From positions 11,013 through 75,012 of the forward strand of contig DUEY01000002.1 of NCBI GenBank assembly GCA_011174795.1: 64,000 nucleotides of DNA, written 5' to 3'. The stretch's first letter is position 1, and the number at the start of each line of letters is the position of its first letter. Below are positions 55,737 through 64,000 of the stretch, piece by piece. The translations under genes were made by a program, and so were the position numbers. The DNA is from Dehalococcoidia bacterium. GTDB taxonomy: Bacteria > Chloroflexota > Dehalococcoidia > SZUA-161. A model generated the notes under the pieces. The model ran no database searches. It had not been told where the DNA came from and saw nothing but the letters and a program-made list of their open reading frames with translations.

Positions 55737-58139
55737 ATGAGAGTCTCCCTCAAATGGCTAAAGGATTATGTTAAGCTATCTGTGCCCGCTGAGGAGCTGG
55801 CCGCAAAGCTGACCATGTCAGGAAACGAGGTCGGCGAGATAGATGTCGTTGGCGCTACCTGGGAGGGTGTCTCCGTAGGCCAGGTGAAAGCGCTGGAAAA
55901 GCATCCCGACGCCGACCGCCTTTTGCTAGCGACAATTGACATCGGTAAAGAAACTATAACTGTGGTCACCGGCGCTCCTAACCTCGAGGCGGGCCAGAAA
56001 GTGCCCTTCGCCCGCGTCGGAACGCAGCTCATAGATGGCCACACAGGCAAACTAATAAAGCTCAAACCCGCCACTATTAGGGGCATACGGTCGGAGGGAA
56101 TGGCTTGCTCGGAAAAGGAACTCGGCATCTCCGAACGACACGAGGGGATAATGGTCCTGCCCGAGGAAGCACCAGTGGGCATGCCCCTCTCCCAATACCT
56201 GGGAGATACCATCATCGACATCACAACAACACCCAACCGTCCCGACTGCCTCTCGGTTATCGGTATCGCCCGAGAGGTTGCAGCCCTTACAGGGCATGAA
56301 GCGCATATACCCGAGATTACCTATGAAGAGCAAGGGGCGCCTATCCAAGACGCTGCCTCGGTTGAGATCGACGACCCCGACCTGTGCTCCAGATACTGTG
56401 CCAGCCTGGTAACCGGAGTGACAGTGGGGCCCTCACCACAATGGATGCAACAGCGGATTATCGCCTCCGGCATGCGCCCTATCAGCAACATCGTAGACAT
56501 CACCAACTATGTGATGATGGAGTACGGGCAGCCCCTCCACGCCTTCGACTACGAGCAGATCAAGGAGAGGAAGATAATCGTACGGCGGGCGAGGGATGAC
56601 GAATCGCTCTACACACTCGATGGGATGAAGAGGGAGTTAAACAGCGATATGCTTATTATCGCCGACGCAACGGAACCCATCGCCCTCGCCGGTGTCATGG
56701 GAGGAGCTGACAGCGAGGTAATCGATTCTACAACATCCATCCTGCTCGAGTCGGCGAACTTCAACGCAGGCAGCATCAGAAGAACCTCCATGAGATTAGG
56801 CCTGCGCAGCGAGGCCTCCGCCCGCTTCGAAAGAAGCATCAGCCCGGAGCTTGCGCCGATTGCGCTGCGCCGCGCCACCCAACTGCTCGTAGAGCTGGGC
56901 GGCGGCAAGGCAGCCAGGGGGATAATCGACGTCTACCCGGGTAAAAGCGAGAGGAAGCCTATCCTGCTAACCCAAGAGCGGGTAGATCGTATTCTTGGAG
57001 TAGCAGTGGAAACGGAGCGCGTAAGGCAAGTGCTAACATCGCTGGGGTTCAGCAGTGAGCCCTCGGGGGTTTCCAGCGAACTGCTGGTAACAGTCCCCTA
57101 CTGGCGTACCGATATTCGACTTGCCGATGACCTTATCGAAGAAATAGCACGCATCATAGGCTATGACGAGATACCAACCACCATGCTCAGCAGCGGAATC
57201 CCCGAACGGGCACCAGCGCCTTTGCTATCCCTGAAAGAGACTATCCGCGACCTCCTCGTCGGAAGCGGCATGCAGGAAGTAATCACCTACTCCCTGGTCA
57301 GTAGAGCCACACTGGAAAAGATAGACCCTCAACAGAAGCTGGGTTCTGCGCTTCGAACAGCCAACCCTATGACCCTGGAGCAGGAATACCTGCGTACCTC
57401 TCTGCGGGGAGGCCTGCTCGCTACCTTCTCAGCAAACGAGAGGCATGAAGAGGACGGCATCAAGCTGTTTGAGGTAGGCAAGATATACCTCCCCAAGCAA
57501 AACGACCTCCCCGAAGAACGAGAGGCGCTGGCGGGTATCCTTGGAGGCACGCGTCTTGACCGCTCCTGGCTATCCGGGGAGGAAACGCTCGATTTCTTCG
57601 ACGCCAAAGGCATTGTAGAAACGGTTTTCAACAGATTGCATGTCGAGGCCAGCTTTCAGCCAGCCGAGGCCCAAGGCCTTATCCCCGGGAGAACGGCAGC
57701 GGTAATTGTCGACGGGCAACAACTGGGAGTCCTGGGAGAGGTGCACCCTAAAACCGCTGCGCTGTTCGACATCTCGACAGAACCGGTAGTTCTTTTCGAG
57801 ATCGACCTGGAGAAACTGCTGCCCTTCGCCGGCGCAGTACCCAGATATCAACCCCTGCCCCGCCTCCCTGCAATAGACCGCGACCTGGCGCTGGTGGTGG
57901 ATGCCGATATTGCTGCAAATCAAATTCAAGCTATCATACGAAGCTTTCCGCTGGTAAGCGAAGTTACCCTTTTTGACGTGTACAGCGGTAAGCAGGTACC
58001 CGAGGGCAAGAAGTCCCTGGCTTTCTCCGTCCGCTACCGTTCACCGCAGCGTACCCTCACCGACGAAGAGGTCGACCGAACGCAGCAGAAGATACTGGAG
58101 CACCTGGAGCGTGAGTTCGGCGCAACCTTGAGAAGCTAG
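55737..58139 (+). CDS. pheT: phenylalanine--tRNA ligase beta subunit
   Basis: 800 aa with the typical PheT domain order. Immediately downstream of pheS. Confidence 0.9.
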   Translation: MRVSLKWLKDYVKLSVPAEELAAKLTMSGNEVGEIDVVGATWEGVSVGQVKALEKHPDADRLLLATIDIGKETITVVTGAPNLEAGQKVPFARVGTQLIDGHTGKLIKLKPATIRGIRSEGMACSEKELGISERHEGIMVLPEEAPVGMPLSQYLGDTIIDITTTPNRPDCLSVIGIAREVAALTGHEAHIPEITYEEQGAPIQDAASVEIDDPDLCSRYCASLVTGVTVGPSPQWMQQRIIASGMRPISNIVDITNYVMMEYGQPLHAFDYEQIKERKIIVRRARDDESLYTLDGMKRELNSDMLIIADATEPIALAGVMGGADSEVIDSTTSILLESANFNAGSIRRTSMRLGLRSEASARFERSISPELAPIALRRATQLLVELGGGKAARGIIDVYPGKSERKPILLTQERVDRILGVAVETERVRQVLTSLGFSSEPSGVSSELLVTVPYWRTDIRLADDLIEEIARIIGYDEIPTTMLSSGIPERAPAPLLSLKETIRDLLVGSGMQEVITYSLVSRATLEKIDPQQKLGSALRTANPMTLEQEYLRTSLRGGLLATFSANERHEEDGIKLFEVGKIYLPKQNDLPEEREALAGILGGTRLDRSWLSGEETLDFFDAKGIVETVFNRLHVEASFQPAEAQGLIPGRTAAVIVDGQQLGVLGEVHPKTAALFDISTEPVVLFEIDLEKLLPFAGAVPRYQPLPRLPAIDRDLALVVDADIAANQIQAIIRSFPLVSEVTLFDVYSGKQVPEGKKSLAFSVRYRSPQRTLTDEEVDRTQQKILEHLEREFGATLRS

Positions 58140-58265
58140 ACCAGCTATCTCCAACCACAATCCCTTGCTTATACCCTGTACTTTTTATTGGAATCTAGAG
58201 AGCTAGTTGCTGGTTCAGACTTATGTTAGAATGAACCGTAATCCTAACTTGGTTTAAACGGAGAC

Positions 58266-58994
58266 TTGCCTGAAGATATGGAGATAATCCCTGCTATCGA
58301 CCTCAGAAACGGGAAATGCGTCCGTCTCTACCAGGGCGACTACGGGAAGGAGACCGTATTCTCCGATGACCCCATATCAGTTGCCCTGCGCTGGCAGTCG
58401 GAGGGAGCTAGAAGACTGCACCTGGTCGACCTCGATGGAGCCGCCAAAGGCGAGCCCTGCAATATCAATGCCATCGAGAAGATAACAGCAGCGGTCGAGA
58501 TTCCCACTCAGGTCGGCGGAGGCGTGCGACGACTGGATACTATAGCGCAACTCCTCGAACTCGGCGTCGGGCGTGTGATCCTAAGTACGATGGCAGTAGA
58601 GAATCCCGACCTGATGCAGGAGGCATGCCGCCGGTTCAATGAGCAGGTCATTATCGGCATCGATGCCCGCGACGGTATAATTTCTACCCGGGGCTGGCTT
58701 GAGCAGTCAGCGGTCACAGCCAGTGAACTGGCAGACAGGATGGTTGGCATCGGGGCGAGGCGCTTCATCTATACCGACATCAGCCGCGACGGCACCCTCA
58801 CCAGCCCCAATTTCGAAGCAGTTTCCGAGCTGATATCACAAGTAAGTGTGCCGGTGATCGCCGCCGGAGGGATAAGCTTGGTCGAGCACCTGACCAAGCT
58901 CGCTGAACTGGGGGCGGAAGGCGCCATCGTGGGACGCGCCATCTACACCGGAGACGTAAACCTGATAGAGGCACTGAAGATTATTCCGCAATAA
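58266..58994 (+). CDS. hisA: 1-(5-phosphoribosyl)-5-[(5-phosphoribosylamino)methylideneamino]imidazole-4-carboxamide isomerase
   Basis: [21 protein letters not shown]-terminus and a (beta/alpha)8 HisA pattern. Confidence 0.85.
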   Translation: MPEDMEIIPAIDLRNGKCVRLYQGDYGKETVFSDDPISVALRWQSEGARRLHLVDLDGAAKGEPCNINAIEKITAAVEIPTQVGGGVRRLDTIAQLLELGVGRVILSTMAVENPDLMQEACRRFNEQVIIGIDARDGIISTRGWLEQSAVTASELADRMVGIGARRFIYTDISRDGTLTSPNFEAVSELISQVSVPVIAAGGISLVEHLTKLAELGAEGAIVGRAIYTGDVNLIEALKIIPQ

Positions 58995-59016
58995 ACTTGA
59001 AAAGGGATATACAAAC

Positions 59017-59358
59017 ATGAAATTCGACGAAAATGGTTTGCTACCTGCCATAGCTCAGGACGCAGATACGGGCGAGGTGCTTATGCTCGCTTATATGAAC
59101 AAAGAAGCTCTGGAGAAGACCCTCTCAACAGGACAGGCATGGTTCTACAGCCGGAGCCGTCAAGAACTGTGGCATAAAGGGGCAACGTCGGGCAACTACC
59201 TGAATGTGAAGAAGGTGCTCATCGATTGCGATGAGGATACGGTCCTGCTACTGGTGGACGCCACCGGACCCGTCTGCCATACCGGTAACAGGAGCTGCTT
59301 CTTCCGCAAGCTCGACAGCGGATTTGAGATCAGCATCGAGGACTCTCCTCAGGGCTGA
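59017..59358 (+). CDS. hisI: phosphoribosyl-AMP cyclohydrolase
   Basis: [26 protein letters not shown] motif set. Confidence 0.85.
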   Translation: MKFDENGLLPAIAQDADTGEVLMLAYMNKEALEKTLSTGQAWFYSRSRQELWHKGATSGNYLNVKKVLIDCDEDTVLLLVDATGPVCHTGNRSCFFRKLDSGFEISIEDSPQG

Positions 59359-60228
59359 GATAGCGACCTCCAACTGACTGTCGTCCGGCTCGCGCGTGGT
59401 CATCGACTGGAGGAGGAGACCGGGTTTAATCGTAAGTCGCACCAGACTGTTCTTGATATTAGCAGCGCTGAACCGTATCATCTCGTAGCTAAGCGCACCT
59501 ATAACAGGCAGAATAGCGAGCCGCTCCAGAAAGCGCAGCCACCAGTCAGGTCGCCCCAGAAAGGCATGGGCTATGATAGCAATTACCAGCACAATGAGTA
59601 TAAAGCCCGTCCCGCAGCGGGTATGGGCAGTGCTGTAATTTCGAATCCTATCCACCTCAAGAGGTTCCCCGGCTTCGTAGGCATTTATGGTCTTATGCTC
59701 CGCGCCATGATAGGCCCATACCCGGCGAATGTCAGGGATCAAGGTTACCACCCTGAGGTAAATAAGAAATATTACCAGGCGAATAAATCCGTCGGCAACA
59801 TTGCTAACGACATCGGACATATAGGGATCGAGATAGTGGACGATCAACAGCGGCAGCGCCAGGAACAGCCCCAGCGCAAAGATAATGCCCACAGCAGCCA
59901 TACCCCATAGCATCGTCGGGGTAACCTCCTGCTCCTCTTCAAATGCCACTGAGGCCGAGTAAAGCAGGGCGCGCACGCCGAGGACAAAGGTCTCTATCAG
60001 GACAATAGGGCCCCGCACTAATGGAATCTGCCGAAGCCGCCCGGTAAAAAAACCGCTCAGCGGCTCATGGCGGACAACGATTTCACCATCGGGGCGGCGG
60101 ACGGCTATCGACACGCTACCACGGCCGCGCATCATTACCCCTTCAATGACCGCCTGCCCGCCGTAGTAGAATTTCTTATCCACTATCTCAACTAAATGAA
60201 AAGGGCGAGACTTGCTCGCCCCTGTCAC
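59248..60228 (-). CDS. DUF1385 domain-containing membrane-associated protein
   Basis: [19 protein letters not shown]-terminal signature of DUF1385 (YqhQ-like). Confidence 0.7.
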   Translation of the reverse strand: MTGASKSRPFHLVEIVDKKFYYGGQAVIEGVMMRGRGSVSIAVRRPDGEIVVRHEPLSGFFTGRLRQIPLVRGPIVLIETFVLGVRALLYSASVAFEEEQEVTPTMLWGMAAVGIIFALGLFLALPLLIVHYLDPYMSDVVSNVADGFIRLVIFLIYLRVVTLIPDIRRVWAYHGAEHKTINAYEAGEPLEVDRIRNYSTAHTRCGTGFILIVLVIAIIAHAFLGRPDWWLRFLERLAILPVIGALSYEMIRFSAANIKNSLVRLTIKPGLLLQSMTTREPDDSQLEVAISALRRVLDADLKSAVELAEEAAPVTGMADGSGGVHQ

Positions 60229-60247
60229 TCACCAGCACTTGTTGCCA

Positions 60248-60454
60248 CTAGTCCTTTATCTTATATCTGCGCTTAAAGCGTTCAACCTGTCCTGCCGTAT
60301 CCACAATCCTGCGCTGACCCCCGCTGAAAAAGGGATGGCACTTGCTGCATATCTCTACCTTCAGTGTAGGCCTGGTGGCTTTAGTCTCAAAGGTATTGCC
60401 ACAGGCGCAGGTTACCGTGGCATTCACATACTCAGGATGAATATCCTTCTTCAC
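60248..60454 (-). CDS. rpmE: 50S ribosomal protein L31 (Zn-binding type)
   Basis: MKKDIHPEY..CxC..C..C. Confidence 0.9.
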   Translation of the reverse strand: MKKDIHPEYVNATVTCACGNTFETKATRPTLKVEICSKCHPFFSGGQRRIVDTAGQVERFKRRYKIKD

Positions 60455-60723
60455 TGTGCCTTCTCCCCCTCATCAGCGTACACGCTCACCATTCGCCTCT
60501 CCTTTGAAGCCGGTTCATATTTCACGATGCCGTCCCTAAGAGCGAACAGCGTGTGATCTCGTCCCAAGCCCACATTGTTCCCCTGGCGAATGCGCGTGCC
60601 TCGCTGCCTCACCAGTATCGTGCCAGCGCGTACGAACTGACCGTCGTAGCGCTTGACTCCTAGCCGCTTGGGCTTGCTATCGCGCCCCAGGCGCGTGCTG
60701 CCACCACCCTTCTTATGCGCCAT
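60451..60723 (-). CDS. rpmA: 50S ribosomal protein L27
   Basis: [16 protein letters not shown]. Confidence 0.9.
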   Translation of the reverse strand: MAHKKGGGSTRLGRDSKPKRLGVKRYDGQFVRAGTILVRQRGTRIRQGNNVGLGRDHTLFALRDGIVKYEPASKERRMVSVYADEGEKAQ

Positions 60724-61054
60724 CTGCCTTCTTTCTCCTTCTCTTTGCGGTGACTATCTCTTTAATAGCCAGCCTGGTATAGGGCTGGCGATGTCCTTTC
60801 TTCCTGCGGTACCTAACCTTCGACTTGTACTTAAAAACAAGTACTTTGTCACCCCTGCCCTCCTCGACCACGTCAGCGATAACCTTAGCCCCATCTATCG
60901 TCGGCCTGCCCAGGGTGACCTTTTTACCGTCAGAGACGAGGTGCACCTTATCCAGCTCGACGGTTTTGCCACCGGCAGGAAGCTTCTCAACGTCGATTGT
61001 TTGACCGGGGGAGACTTTGTACTGCTTGCCCCCGGTTTCAACTATAGCGTAAAT
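60713..61054 (-). CDS. rplU: 50S ribosomal protein L21 (apparent AUU initiation codon)
   Basis: The track ORF lacks the N-terminus. Extending upstream gives [25 protein letters not shown], the canonical L21 start, with ATT at the Met position. A GGAGG sits 7 nt upstream, and no in-frame ATG/GTG/TTG lies between the preceding TAG stop and this ATT. Confidence 0.75.
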   Translation of the reverse strand: MYAIVETGGKQYKVSPGQTIDVEKLPAGGKTVELDKVHLVSDGKKVTLGRPTIDGAKVIADVVEEGRGDKVLVFKYKSKVRYRRKKGHRQPYTRLAIKEIVTAKRRRKKADGA

Positions 61055-61190
61055 CGCCGTCCTCCAAAGATAGCGTACTTTGAGATTCTACCAACTCACG
61101 CTCACACTGTCAAGCTGCTTCACTCTGTGCCTACGGTTCATACAGGTAGGGGCGTTCAATTGAACGCCCCTACATCACCATCAAAGATTA

Positions 61191-63617
61191 TTACCCGGCT
61201 TCCCTGCTGAACACCAGCCCCTCGGGGCTGAGGTCGACATTAACCGTGTCGCCTTCTTTGAACTCACCGAGAAGTATCTTCCTTGAAAGCGGGTTCTCCA
61301 CCTCACGCTGGATAGTACGCCTCAAGGGACGGGCACCGAAGCTGGGATCGAAGCCCTCCCTGGCCAGCCAGGACTTGGCTTCCTCGGTTAGAACCACAGT
61401 TATCTTCCGGTCGTCGATTCTTCCCTGTACCTCTTTCATCATGAGGTCGACAATTTGCCTTATCTGTTCCTCCGTGAGCGGCTCGAAGATGATGGTTTCG
61501 TCGACACGGTTCAGGAACTCGGGACGAAACGTTTGCTTCAGAGCACTTTCGACTGAACTCCGCAGCCGCTTCTGCTCGCTCTTGGACTGCTTCTCATGGT
61601 GAAAGCCCAGGGAGCCGCGCTGAAATTCCTGGCTTCCCAGGTTCGAGGTCATGATGACTACGGTGTTCTTGAAATCAACGGTCCTGCCATGACCATCGGT
61701 CAGCCGTCCGTCCTCCATAATCTGGAGCAGTATATTGAACACATCGGGGTGAGCCTTCTCCACCTCGTCGAACAGTATGACCTTATAGGGGCGACGGCGC
61801 ACCGCCTCGGTGAGCTGCCCCCCCTCTTCATAGCCGATGTATCCCGGAGGAGCACCGATGAGGCGGGACACAGTGTGCTTCTCCATGTACTCCGACATAT
61901 CGAGCCGCACCATCGCTTCCTCCTCATCGAAGAGGAATTCTGCCAGAGCCCGGGCAAGCTCCGTCTTACCAACGCCGGTAGGGCCGAGGAAGATGAAGCT
62001 GCCGATAGGCCTCTTGGGATCCTTCAGCCCCGCCCGTGCCCTTCTTATGGCATCCGAAACTGCGCTTATCGCCTCGTCCTGCCCGATGACCCGCTGGTGC
62101 AGCGCCTCCTCCATGTGCACGAGTTTCTCCGTCTCGCCCTCCATCATGCGGCTTACGGGGATGCCGGTCCACTTGGAGACGAGTTCAGCGATGGTCTCCT
62201 CATGAACAACATTATCGATCTTCTTATCCTTAAGCCACTTGTTCTTGGCTTTGTTGTATTTCTCTTCCAGGCCAATACGTTCGGTCTTGAGCTTAGCTGC
62301 CTGTTCAAAGTCACCGCGCTGGGACACTGCCTCTTCTTCGTCTACCAGTTGCTTAAGCTTCTTCTCCATAGTCTTGACTTCAGGAGGAGCGCTCTCAGCA
62401 TCGATTCTCAGCTTGGATGCAGCCTCATCTATGAGGTCAATAGCCTTGTCAGGCAGAAAGCGGTCGGAGATGTAACGCTGGCTGAGCCTAGCTGCGGCTA
62501 CCAGCGCCGCATCCTCTATCTGTATCTTGTGATGAGCCTCATATCGCGGCCTCAGCCCCCTCAGCATCTCGATAGTATCCTCCACGCTGGGCTCGTCGAT
62601 AAACACCGGCTGAAACCTTCTCTCAAGGGCGCGGTCTTTCTCCACGTGCTCGCGGTACTCATCGAGCGTGGTCGCACCCACGCACTGGAGCTCGCCCCGC
62701 GCCAGCGCTGGTTTGAGCATGTTGGAGGCATCTATAGCTCCCTCGGCAGCACCGGCACCAACGACGGTATGAAGCTCATCGATGAAGAGCACTATCTCGC
62801 CCTGGGCACGGCGAACCTCTTCCATAACCGCCTTGAGCCGCTCCTCGAACTCTCCCCGGAACTTGCTGCCGGCAACCAGCGAGCCCATATCGAGAGCAAT
62901 GACCCTGCGTCCTTTCAGGGAGTCGGGCACATCGCCAGCCACGATCTTCTGCGCCAGACCCTCGGCAATAGCCGTCTTGCCTACGCCGACCTCACCGATG
63001 ATGACAGGATTGTTCTTGGTGCGCCGTGTCAGCACCTGAATCACCCTTTTTATCTCCTCCTCACGCCCTATCACCGGGTCCAGCTTCCCCTGCTTGGCAA
63101 GCTCGGTAAGGTCGCGGCTGTACTTCTCCAGGGCGCGGTACTTGCTCTCCGCCCTGGGGTCGGTAATCCGCTGCCCGCCACGTATTTTCTGGAGAGCGCC
63201 ATAGATCTTCTCCTCGTCTATACCTAACTCCTTTAGAATTTTGGCTGACTCTCCACCCCACTCGCCGGCAATGGCGATGAACAAGTGTTCACTGCCTATG
63301 AACTCGTCATTGAATCTCTCTGCCTCGCTCGCGGCAGCGCGAAATACACCCTCTATACGCGGTGTGGGGTAAATCTGCTTCCCTTCATAGGCAACAGTCG
63401 GGGTGCGCGTAAGCGCCTGCTCCACCTTCCCCCGCACCGGCTCGATGTCAACACCGAGCTCTTCCAGTATCTCGGCGGTAACGCCGCCCTCCTGCTCCAG
63501 TAGCGCAAGCAGGATATGCTCCACATCCCACTGGCTATGCCGGTAGCGCCGAACTATCTCTTGGGAAGCAGCGAGTACCTCCTGTGCCTGTTCTGTGAAT
63601 TTAGGTGGCTGCATCAT
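61191..63617 (-). CDS. clpC: ATP-dependent Clp protease ATP-binding subunit, ClpC-like (two AAA+ modules, short M-domain)
   Basis: Clp N-domain repeats, two Walker A motifs (GEVGVGKT / GPTGVGKT) and a short linker ([10 protein letters not shown]) resembling the ClpC middle domain rather than the long ClpB coiled coil. Confidence 0.8.
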   Translation of the reverse strand: MMQPPKFTEQAQEVLAASQEIVRRYRHSQWDVEHILLALLEQEGGVTAEILEELGVDIEPVRGKVEQALTRTPTVAYEGKQIYPTPRIEGVFRAAASEAERFNDEFIGSEHLFIAIAGEWGGESAKILKELGIDEEKIYGALQKIRGGQRITDPRAESKYRALEKYSRDLTELAKQGKLDPVIGREEEIKRVIQVLTRRTKNNPVIIGEVGVGKTAIAEGLAQKIVAGDVPDSLKGRRVIALDMGSLVAGSKFRGEFEERLKAVMEEVRRAQGEIVLFIDELHTVVGAGAAEGAIDASNMLKPALARGELQCVGATTLDEYREHVEKDRALERRFQPVFIDEPSVEDTIEMLRGLRPRYEAHHKIQIEDAALVAAARLSQRYISDRFLPDKAIDLIDEAASKLRIDAESAPPEVKTMEKKLKQLVDEEEAVSQRGDFEQAAKLKTERIGLEEKYNKAKNKWLKDKKIDNVVHEETIAELVSKWTGIPVSRMMEGETEKLVHMEEALHQRVIGQDEAISAVSDAIRRARAGLKDPKRPIGSFIFLGPTGVGKTELARALAEFLFDEEEAMVRLDMSEYMEKHTVSRLIGAPPGYIGYEEGGQLTEAVRRRPYKVILFDEVEKAHPDVFNILLQIMEDGRLTDGHGRTVDFKNTVVIMTSNLGSQEFQRGSLGFHHEKQSKSEQKRLRSSVESALKQTFRPEFLNRVDETIIFEPLTEEQIRQIVDLMMKEVQGRIDDRKITVVLTEEAKSWLAREGFDPSFGARPLRRTIQREVENPLSRKILLGEFKEGDTVNVDLSPEGLVFSREAG

Positions 63618-63660
63618 GGCTTAACTCCTTTACCACAACCATTCGTTTATCAGCTATAGC

Positions 63661-63987
63661 CTACCTCTGCGAAAGCTCCGCATCAGTGATGCGTTTAATC
63701 TTCTTCTCCAGTGCCTGTATCTCCCTGTCCATCTCGGACATGCGCTGGGCCATCCTCATTATCACCTCCACCCCGGCCAGGTTGACGCCGAGGTCGTCGA
63801 TGAGGGTCTTTATCCGACGCAGCCTCTCTATATCATCCGTCGAGTAGAGCCTGCGGTTACCCTTAGACCGGGATGGCGAGATTATACCCACCCGCTCGTA
63901 ATATCTCAGGGTTTGAGCATGCACACCGAGCATCCGGGCGGCAACGCTTATTACATAACAGGGTTCAGTATCTTCGAATTCCATCAT
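63661..63987 (-). CDS. hspR: MerR-family heat-shock regulator (HspR-like)
   Basis: MerR HTH YVISVAARMLGVHAQTLRYYERVGII. Immediately upstream of clpC on the same strand. Confidence 0.7.
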   Translation of the reverse strand: MMEFEDTEPCYVISVAARMLGVHAQTLRYYERVGIISPSRSKGNRRLYSTDDIERLRRIKTLIDDLGVNLAGVEVIMRMAQRMSEMDREIQALEKKIKRITDAELSQR

Positions 63988-64000
63988 TTTTCACCCCCAA

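Noticed and set aside
60653-61210. 185-aa plus-strand ORF
   Set aside because: It is antisense to the clearly homologous rplU/rpmA genes.
61596-63227. 543-aa plus-strand ORF antisense to clpC (similar antisense or alternate-frame ORFs exist inside rarA 5669..6184, gltX, the giant 41.5-45 kb gene, etc.)
   Set aside because: These lie entirely within genes that have strong, colinear homology on the other strand or frame. Their low-complexity Pro/Ser/Arg-rich translations are typical of GC-rich antisense frames.
1-64000. CRISPR arrays, rRNA genes, transposases/IS elements, integrases
   Set aside because: I scanned for regularly spaced direct repeats, rRNA-like conserved blocks and DDE or tyrosine-recombinase motifs and found none. 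The only mobile-element-like feature is the GIY-YIG/tRNA-Val cassette.

Overview
This 64 kb window reads as a fairly GC-rich bacterial chromosome segment. The gene content (many MttB-family methyltransferase paralogs, short ThiC, Thi4-type thiazole synthase, AmmeMemoRadiSam system) suggests an anaerobic Chloroflexi/Dehalococcoidia-like lineage, but that is inference. Most of the window is housekeeping: glnS, gltX, thrS, infC-rpmI-rplT-pheST, hisAI, rplU-rpmA-rpmE, clpC with an HspR-like regulator, lspA, rluD, rarA, coaE, cinA. It also carries five tRNAs (Thr-CGU, Gln-CUG, Glu-CUC, Val-GAC, plus a duplicated tRNA-Val 5' fragment) and a TPP riboswitch with its terminator ahead of thiC-thi4. The most interesting part is an ~19 kb corrinoid-dependent methyltransferase region at 18.2-37.2 kb, arranged as two loci. 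Each locus encodes two non-pyrrolysine MttB-superfamily paralogs, an MtrH/MeTr-like methyl-THF:corrinoid methyltransferase and a B12-binding corrinoid protein. The two loci use different corrinoid reactivation modules. Locus 1 carries an ATP-dependent RACE/RamA-like activase with an N-terminal 2Fe-2S domain, and a 2-oxoacid:ferredoxin oxidoreductase is translationally coupled to it. Locus 2 carries a standalone MetH activation-domain homolog. One MttB paralog is fused to a Cys-rich C-terminal domain of unknown function. Between the loci sit a tandem AsnB-family pair, one with a degenerate glutaminase domain (beta-lactam-synthetase-like), and an MBL-fold hydrolase, preceded by a perfect 30-bp palindrome. 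Other notable items are a GIY-YIG nuclease gene flanked by stem-loop repeats and lying between a tRNA-Val 5' duplicate and the intact tRNA-Val, a fused Memo-AMMECR1 protein next to its radical SAM partner, a 1204-aa multidomain protein ending in a GH130-like phosphorylase domain beside a GT4 glycosyltransferase, an AT-rich 470-bp noncoding island, and an apparent AUU start codon for rplU. No CRISPR array, rRNA or transposase was recognised. Coordinates of non-CDS features may be off by 1-2 nt.
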